4,300 nucleotides of DNA from a virus (taxonomy: Duplodnaviria > Heunggongvirae > Uroviricota > Caudoviricetes), in IMG/VR virus record IMGVR_UViG_2534681662_000009. One strand, written 5' to 3'. Each line of letters opens with the position of its first letter. Positions within the stretch are counted from its first letter, which is position 1. Position numbers and translations under genes: made by a program. Positions 1 to 4,300 of the stretch are shown here, piece after piece. The notes beneath the pieces are model-generated. The model worked only from the letters and a program-made list of their open reading frames with translations. It did no database searches and was not told the DNA's origin.

Positions 1-1
1 A

Positions 2-85
2 AATGACTGGTATCCCACAGCAAGTATCAGCGATTTGCTGGTTGTGGTGATGAAGAAAGCCACCGCAGGCATCAGTATCAGCTGA
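2..85 (+). CDS. 3' end of upstream tail gene (probably host-specificity/tip protein J-like), 5'-truncated by window edge
   Basis: Frame 2 is open from the window start and reads NDWYPTASISDLLVVVMKKATAGISIS before TGA at 83-85, with an intrinsic terminator 20 nt downstream. Identity is inferred only from synteny with lambda (J precedes lom); no start codon is in the window. Confidence 0.4.
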   Translation, partial: NDWYPTASISDLLVVVMKKATAGISIS

Positions 86-102
86 ATTTTATAACCCATA
101 TA

Positions 103-128
103 CGGGCGCCAGAAATGGCGCCTTTTTT
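103..128 (+). terminator. Rho-independent terminator after the upstream tail gene
   Basis: Palindromic stem GGCGCC (105-110) pairs with GGCGCC (117-122) around loop AGAAAT, followed by TTTTTT (123-128). Confidence 0.6.
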
Positions 129-141
129 ATTGCAGAAAAGC

Positions 142-147
142 GAGAGG
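142..147 (+). promoter_or_regulatory. Ribosome-binding site for lom
   Basis: GAGAGG lies 5 nt upstream of the ATG at 153. Confidence 0.5.
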
Positions 148-152
148 TAATT

Positions 153-752
153 ATGCGTAAAGTTTGTGCAGCCATTTTGTCCGCAGCCATCTGTCTGGCC
201 GTATCCGGTGCGCCTGCATGGGCGTCTGAGCAGCAGGCCACACTGAGCGCAGGGTATCTTCATGCCCGTACGAACGCTCCCGGCAGCGATAATCTGAACG
301 GGATTAACGTGAAATACCGTTATGAGTTTACGGACACGCTGGGGCTGATTACGTCATTCAGTTATGCCAACGCTGAAGATGAGCAAAAAACGCATTACAG
401 CGATACCCGCTGGCATGAAGATTCCGTGCGTAACCGCTGGTTCAGCGTGATGGCGGGGCCGTCTGTGCGCGTGAATGAATGGTTCAGCGCGTATGCGATG
501 GCGGGTGTGGCTTACAGCCGTGTGTCGACTTTCTCCGGGGATTATCTGCAGGTGACCGACAATACGGGGAAAACGCACGATGTGCTGACCGGAAGTGATG
601 ACGGTCGCCACAGCAACACGTCTCTGGCGTGGGGGGCTGGCGTGCAGTTTAACCCGACCGAATCCGTGGCCATTGATATTGCTTATGAAGGCTCCGGCAG
701 TGGTGACTGGCGCACTGACGGGTTCATCGTGGGTGTTGGTTATAAATTCTGA
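153..752 (+). CDS. lom: Outer-membrane beta-barrel protein Lom (Ail/Lom/OmpX/PagC family), prophage lysogenic-conversion gene
   Basis: The 199-aa ORF has a signal peptide ([25 protein letters not shown]-x-A cleavage site) and ends in GVGYKF, a C-terminal aromatic typical of OM barrels. Internal motifs [18 protein letters not shown] and [27 protein letters not shown] closely match lambda Lom as I recall it. It has a good RBS and sits directly upstream of stf, as in lambda. Confidence 0.92.
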   Translation: MRKVCAAILSAAICLAVSGAPAWASEQQATLSAGYLHARTNAPGSDNLNGINVKYRYEFTDTLGLITSFSYANAEDEQKTHYSDTRWHEDSVRNRWFSVMAGPSVRVNEWFSAYAMAGVAYSRVSTFSGDYLQVTDNTGKTHDVLTGSDDGRHSNTSLAWGAGVQFNPTESVAIDIAYEGSGSGDWRTDGFIVGVGYKF

Positions 753-778
753 TTAGCCAGGTAACACAGTGTTATGAC

Positions 779-805
779 AGCCCGCCGGTTCAGGCGGGCT
801 TTTTT
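779..805 (+). terminator. Rho-independent terminator after lom
   Basis: Stem AGCCCGCC (779-786) pairs with GGCGGGCT (793-800) around loop GGTTCA, followed by a T-run 800-805; it lies 27 nt after the lom stop codon. Confidence 0.7.
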
Positions 806-812
806 GTGGGGT
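806..812 (+). promoter_or_regulatory. Ribosome-binding site for stf
   Basis: G-rich GTGGGGT lies 5-8 nt upstream of the ATG at 817. Confidence 0.45.
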
Positions 813-816
813 GAAT

Positions 817-1161
817 ATGGCAGTAAAGATTTCAGGTGTACTGAAAGACGGCACAGGAAAACCGGTACAGAACTGCACAATCCAGCTGAAAGCAAAACGT
901 AACAGCACCACGGTGGTGGTGAACACGCTGGCATCTGAAAATCCGGATGAAGCCGGGCGTTACAGCATGGACGTTGAGTACGGTCAGTACAGCGTTATTC
1001 TGTTGGTGGAAGGATTCCCGCCGTCACATGCCGGGACCATCACCGTGTATGAAGATTCCCGACCCGGTACGCTGAATGATTTTCTCGGTGCCATGACGGA
1101 GGATGATGCCCGTCCGAGGCACTGCGCCGTTTTGACTGATGGTGGAAGAGGTGGCGCGTAA
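817..1161 (+). CDS. stf: Stf N-terminal fragment (frame 1); authentic coding to about 1116, then out-of-frame tail to TAA at 1159-1161
   Basis: Track ORF 811..1161 begins at GTG 811, but the homologous start is ATG 817. Residues up to MTEDDARP match lambda Stf; the following [14 protein letters not shown] is frameshift read-through. Confidence 0.75.
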   Translation: MAVKISGVLKDGTGKPVQNCTIQLKAKRNSTTVVVNTLASENPDEAGRYSMDVEYGQYSVILLVEGFPPSHAGTITVYEDSRPGTLNDFLGAMTEDDARPRHCAVLTDGGRGGA

Positions 1162-1208
1162 CGCGTCCGGGTGGCACAGAACACGGCAGCCGCGAAGAAG
1201 TCAGCCAG

Positions 1209-2170
1209 GATGCCAGCACATCAGCCCGTGAGGCGGCAACCCATGCGACTGATGCTGCAGGCTCAGCACGCGCAGCCAGCACGTCAGCCGGACAGGCCGC
1301 GTCGTCGGCTCAGTCAGCATCTTCCAGCGCAGGAACGGCATCAACAAAGGCCAGTGAAGCATCGAAAAGTGCTGCTGCTGCAGAGTCCTCAAAAAGCGCG
1401 GCAGCTACCAGTGCCGGTGCGGCGAAAACGTCAGAAACGAATGCGGCAGCGTCACAACAATCAGCAGCCACTTCTGCATCCACCGCGACCACGAAAGCGT
1501 CAGAAGCAGCCACTTCAGCACGGGATGCGTCGGCTTCAAAAGAGGCGGCAAAATCATCAGAAACGAACGCAGCATCGAGCGCCAGCAGCGCAGCTTCCTC
1601 GGCAACGGCGGCAGGCAATTCCGCGAAGGCGGCAAAGACGTCTGAGACAAACGCCAGGTCTTCTGAAACGGCAGCGGGACAGAGCGCCTCGGCTGCGGCA
1701 GGCTCAAAAACAGCGGCTGCGTCGTCTGCCAGTGCAGCGTCAACAAGTGCCGGGCAGGCCTCAGCCAGTGCCACCGCCGCCGGAAAATCGGCAGAAAGCG
1801 CCGCATCGTCTGCTTCAACAGCCACAACGAAGGCTGGCGAAGCCACTGAACAGGCCAGCGCAGCAGCGAGGTCTGCTTCCGCAGCGAAGACATCCGAAAC
1901 GAACGCGAAAGCGTCGGAAACCAGCGCAGAATCCTCAAAAACGGCTGCCGCATCGTCCGCCAGTTCGGCGGCGTCATCGGCATCATCTGCGTCTGCTTCA
2001 AAAGATGAGGCGACCAGACAAGCGTCCGCAGCGAAGGGCAGCGCCACGACGGCATCCACGAAGGCGACAGAGGCAGCTGGCAGTGCGACGGCGGCAGCTC
2101 AGAGCAAAAGTACGGCGGAATCCGCGGCAACGCGCGCTGAGACAGCGGCAAAACGGGCAGAGGATATTGC
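1209..2170 (+). repeat. Low-complexity Ala/Ser/Thr-rich coding region (fibre shaft) with degenerate repeats of AAK(T/S)SETNA
   Basis: The protein is dominated by A, S and T. The motif AAKTSETNA / AAKSSETNA recurs at about 1422-1448, 1548-1574, 1632-1658 and 1887-1913. The region is GC-rich with strong codon periodicity. Confidence 0.65.
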
Positions 2171-3974
2171 ATCCGCCGTGGCGCTTGAGGATGCGAGCAC
2201 GACGAAAAAGGGGATAGTACAGCTCAGCAGTGCGACCAATAGCACTTCCGAGTCACTGGCGGCAACGCCAAAAGCCGTTAAGGCCGCGTATGACCTGGCT
2301 AACGGGAAATACACCGCACAGGATGCAACGACAGCACAGAAAGGGATAATCCAGCTAAGCAGCGCGACCAACAGCACGTCTGAAACGCTGGCGGCAACGC
2401 CAAAGGCAGTAAAATCAGCCTATGACAATGCAGAGAAACGTCTGCAGAAAGACCAGAACGGCGCTGATATACCCGATAAGGGACGCTTCCTGAACAACAT
2501 TAACGCGGTCAGTAAAACAGACTTTGCTGATAAGCGTGGTATGCGTTATGTGCGGGTTAACGCTCCTGCAGGTGCAACATCTGGAAAATATTACCCTGTT
2601 GTTGTTATGCGTTCTGCTGGCTCAGTAAGCGAACTGGCATCAAGGGTCATTATCACCACGGCAACGCGAACCGCAGGCGATCCGATGAATAACTGCGAGT
2701 TTAACGGATTTGTTATGCCTGGTGGCTGGACTGACAGGGGGCGTTATGCTTATGGAATGTTCTGGCAATATCAAAACAATGAACGAGCCATCCACTCAAT
2801 AATGATGAGTAATAAGGGCGATGATTTGCGCTCTGTGTTCTATGTTGATGGCGCTGCTTTCCCTGTTTTTGCGTTTATCGAAGATGGCCTGTCAATATCC
2901 GCACCTGGTGCTGATCTCGTTGTTAATGATACGACCTATAAGTTTGGGGCAACAAATCCGGCGACTGAATGTATCGCGGCGGACGTTATCCTTGATTTTA
3001 AGAGTGGGCGTGGTTTTTATGAGTCTCATTCGTTAATCGTTAACGATAACTTGTCGTGCAAAAAACTTTTTGCCACAGACGAAATTGTAGCGCGTGGTGG
3101 TAATCAGATTCGAATGATAGGTGGGGAGTATGGGGCATTATGGCGTAATGATGGCGCTAAAACTTACCTGCTGCTTACCAATCAAGGTGATGTTTATGGT
3201 GGATGGAATACATTAAGACCGTTTGCTATTGATAACGCAACCGGCGAACTGGTTATTGGAACCAAGCTGTCTGCAAGTCTGAACGGTAACGCATTGACAG
3301 CAACAAAGCTGCAAACGCCAAGACGGGTTTCTGGTGTTGAGTTTGATGGTTCCAAAGATATTACTTTAACCGCCGCGCATGTGGCTGCTTTTGCCAGAAG
3401 GGCAACGGATACATATGCCGATGCGGATGGTGGCGTTCCCTGGAATGCCGAATCAGGCGCTTATAATGTCACCCGCTCTGGCGACAGCTATATTCTGGTT
3501 AACTTCTATACCGGAGTCGGAAGTTGCCGGACCTTGCAGATGAAGGCGCATTACAGAAATGGTGGTCTGTTCTACCGTTCTTCAAGAGACGGTTATGGTT
3601 TTGAGGAAGACTGGGCAGAAGTTTATACCTCGAAAAATCTTCCACCAGAAAGCTACCCAGTCGGCGCACCAATCCCGTGGCCATCAGATACCGTTCCGTC
3701 TGGTTATGCCCTGATGCAGGGGCAGACTTTTGACAAATCTGCTTACCCGAAACTTGCAGCCGCTTATCCGTCAGGCGTGATCCCTGATATGCGTGGCTGG
3801 ACGATTAAGGGCAAGCCCGCCAGTGGTCGTGCCGTATTGTCTCAGGAACAGGACGGCATTAAATCGCAACCCACAGCGCCAGCGATCCAGTACGGATTTG
3901 GGACGAAAACCACATCGTCGTTTGATTACGGCACTAAATCCACGAATAACACTGGTGCGCATACCATAGTTTAA
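1209..3974 (+). CDS. stf: Stf central fragment (frame 3): Ala/Ser/Thr-rich shaft, tandem fibre repeats, central module and start of conserved C-terminal region
   Basis: Frame 3 is open 1140..3974 with no ATG/GTG/TTG before GTG at 2178 (track ORF 2178..3974). Homology to Stf resumes in this frame at about 1209 ([13 protein letters not shown]...[14 protein letters not shown]) and runs through ...[11 protein letters not shown] at about 3962. Confidence 0.8.
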   Translation, partial: DASTSAREAATHATDAAGSARAASTSAGQAASSAQSASSSAGTASTKASEASKSAAAAESSKSAAATSAGAAKTSETNAAASQQSAATSASTATTKASEAATSARDASASKEAAKSSETNAASSASSAASSATAAGNSAKAAKTSETNARSSETAAGQSASAAAGSKTAAASSASAASTSAGQASASATAAGKSAESAASSASTATTKAGEATEQASAAARSASAAKTSETNAKASETSAESSKTAAASSASSAASSASSASASKDEATRQASAAKGSATTASTKATEAAGSATAAAQSKSTAESAATRAETAAKRAEDIASAVALEDASTTKKGIVQLSSATNSTSESLAATPKAVKAAYDLANGKYTAQDATTAQKGIIQLSSATNSTSETLAATPKAVKSAYDNAEKRLQKDQNGADIPDKGRFLNNINAVSKTDFADKRGMRYVRVNAPAGATSGKYYPVVVMRSAGSVSELASRVIITTATRTAGDPMNNCEFNGFVMPGGWTDRGRYAYGMFWQYQNNERAIHSIMMSNKGDDLRSVFYVDGAAFPVFAFIEDGLSISAPGADLVVNDTTYKFGATNPATECIAADVILDFKSGRGFYESHSLIVNDNLSCKKLFATDEIVARGGNQIRMIGGEYGALWRNDGAKTYLLLTNQGDVYGGWNTLRPFAIDNATGELVIGTKLSASLNGNALTATKLQTPRRVSGVEFDGSKDITLTAAHVAAFARRATDTYADADGGVPWNAESGAYNVTRSGDSYILVNFYTGVGSCRTLQMKAHYRNGGLFYRSSRDGYGFEEDWAEVYTSKNLPPESYPVGAPIPWPSDTVPSGYALMQGQTFDKSAYPKLAAAYPSGVIPDMRGWTIKGKPASGRAVLSQEQDGIKSQPTAPAIQYGFGTKTTSSFDYGTKSTNNTGAHTIV
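2208..2426 (+). repeat. Tandem direct duplication (period 132 bp, 44 aa) of a tail-fibre repeat motif inside stf
   Basis: [29 protein letters not shown] (2208-2294) is repeated as [29 protein letters not shown] (2340-2426). The nucleotide copies are diverged at synonymous positions (roughly 80% identity by eye). Confidence 0.75.
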
Positions 3975-4132
3975 GTGGCAGCACGAATGCAGCTGGTAAT
4001 CACAGCCATAGAGATGGCCGTCGATTTAACCCCAGTGTTTTTAAAGATACTTATCAATATGGTTATACAAGCTCAGGTCAAAATACCTGGGGTGTACAAG
4101 GCTCAGTAGGTATGTCTACGGGGTGGTTAGCA
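3965..4132 (+). CDS. stf: Stf C-terminal fragment (frame 2)
   Basis: Frame 2 reads [56 protein letters not shown], continuing from GAHT in frame 3 after one apparent base loss in ACC(C)AT at about 3964. Confidence 0.6.
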
Positions 4133-4300
4133 ATACCAGTACAGATGGTAATCATAGCCACTCACTGTCCGGCACAGCAGCATCTGCAGGTGCACACGCG
4201 CATACTGTCGGTATTGGTGCTCATACGCACTCCGTTGCGATTGGTTCACATGGACACACCATCACCGTTAACGCTGCTGGTAATGCGGAAAACACCGTCA
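4129..4300 (+). CDS. stf: Stf C-terminal fragment (frame 1), runs off window end
   Basis: Frame 1 reads [57 protein letters not shown], matching the His-rich lambda Stf C-terminal region; there is no stop before the window end. Confidence 0.7.

Larger units (their letters stand above)
817..4300 (+). pseudogene. stf: Side tail fibre protein Stf (lambda Stf / Rac StfR-like), reading frame interrupted by about 9 single-base deletions, 3'-partial (continues past window end)
   Basis: The N-terminus [26 protein letters not shown]... is near-identical to lambda Stf, and the C-terminal region ([64 protein letters not shown] ... [19 protein letters not shown]) also matches it. Homologous protein continues across frames in the order 1, 3, 2, 1, 3 at the N-terminal end (with a compensated 3, 2, 1, 3 excursion near 3870) and 3, 2, 1 at the C-terminal end. 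Whether this is a true pseudogene or a sequencing artefact cannot be decided from sequence. Confidence 0.85.

Noticed and set aside
60-100. Possible sigma70 promoter for lom (TATAAC at 90-95)
   Set aside because: There is no acceptable -35 element at 16-19 bp spacing, and any transcript would meet the terminator at 103-128 immediately. Not supportable from sequence alone.
78-611. Antisense ORFs overlapping lom (78-263 and 354-611, - strand)
   Set aside because: They lie fully or largely within the well-supported lom CDS on the opposite strand and have no independent support.
1114-1211. Programmed ribosomal frameshifting as the explanation for the frame changes in stf
   Set aside because: There are four shifts in under 100 nt and five more downstream, with no slippery heptamer or downstream structure. 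Multiple base losses explain the pattern far better.
740-1392. Short - strand ORFs 740-934, 984-1184, 1040-1282 and 1201-1392
   Set aside because: They overlap the terminator and the stf N-terminal coding region in antisense and have no recognisable features.
1310-2172. Two long antisense ORFs (1310-2059 and 1405-2172, - strand), plus 2099-2377 on the - strand
   Set aside because: They lie antisense to the Ala/Ser/Thr-rich stf shaft, where stop codons are depleted in most frames. They have no RBS context and low-complexity translations, so they are spurious.
1171-2217. 348-aa Arg/Gln/Pro-rich ORF on the + strand
   Set aside because: Only its first 12 or so codons are in the true Stf frame. 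The rest is the +1 frame of the GC-rich low-complexity shaft and has an implausibly basic, low-complexity composition. It is a frameshift and composition artefact.
2821-3962. Small ORFs inside stf (2821-3036 on +, 3499-3684 on -, 3771-3962 on -)
   Set aside because: They are alternative-frame or antisense ORFs nested in the stf coding sequence and are explained by chance.
3950-4300. DNA-invertase (Gin/Pin/Cin-type) crossover site marking an invertible fibre C-terminal segment
   Set aside because: I looked for the roughly 26-bp gix/pix-like inverted-repeat site and found no candidate. The C-terminal region reads collinearly with lambda Stf.
1-4300. CRISPR array, tRNA or rRNA, transposase or IS element, toxin-antitoxin or defence system
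   Set aside because: There are no spacer-interspersed direct repeats, no cloverleaf-like segments and no terminal inverted repeats. The whole window is accounted for by the tail-gene end, lom and stf.

Overview
This window is a lambdoid-prophage tail-fibre region with the same gene order as phage lambda (J, lom, stf, with tfa expected just downstream of the window). It holds: (i) the last 27 codons of an upstream tail gene (2..85, + strand), followed by an intrinsic terminator; (ii) an intact lom gene (153..752) for a Lom/Ail/OmpX-family outer-membrane beta-barrel, followed by a second intrinsic terminator; (iii) a long side-tail-fibre gene (stf, similar to Rac stfR) starting at 817 and running off the window end. 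The stf reading frame is broken at about nine places, each consistent with a single-base deletion, in two clusters (1114..1211 and 3864..4135); I cannot tell from sequence alone whether these are sequencing errors or real pseudogenisation. Within stf I see a conserved N-terminal domain, a roughly 1 kb Ala/Ser/Thr-rich low-complexity shaft that leaves four of six frames open, a tandem 132-bp duplication, a lower-GC central module that looks mosaic, and a His-rich C-terminal tip. I found no CRISPR array, tRNA, rRNA, transposase or defence-system-like gene. Identifications rest on my recollection of lambda Lom and Stf protein sequences; no database search was run.
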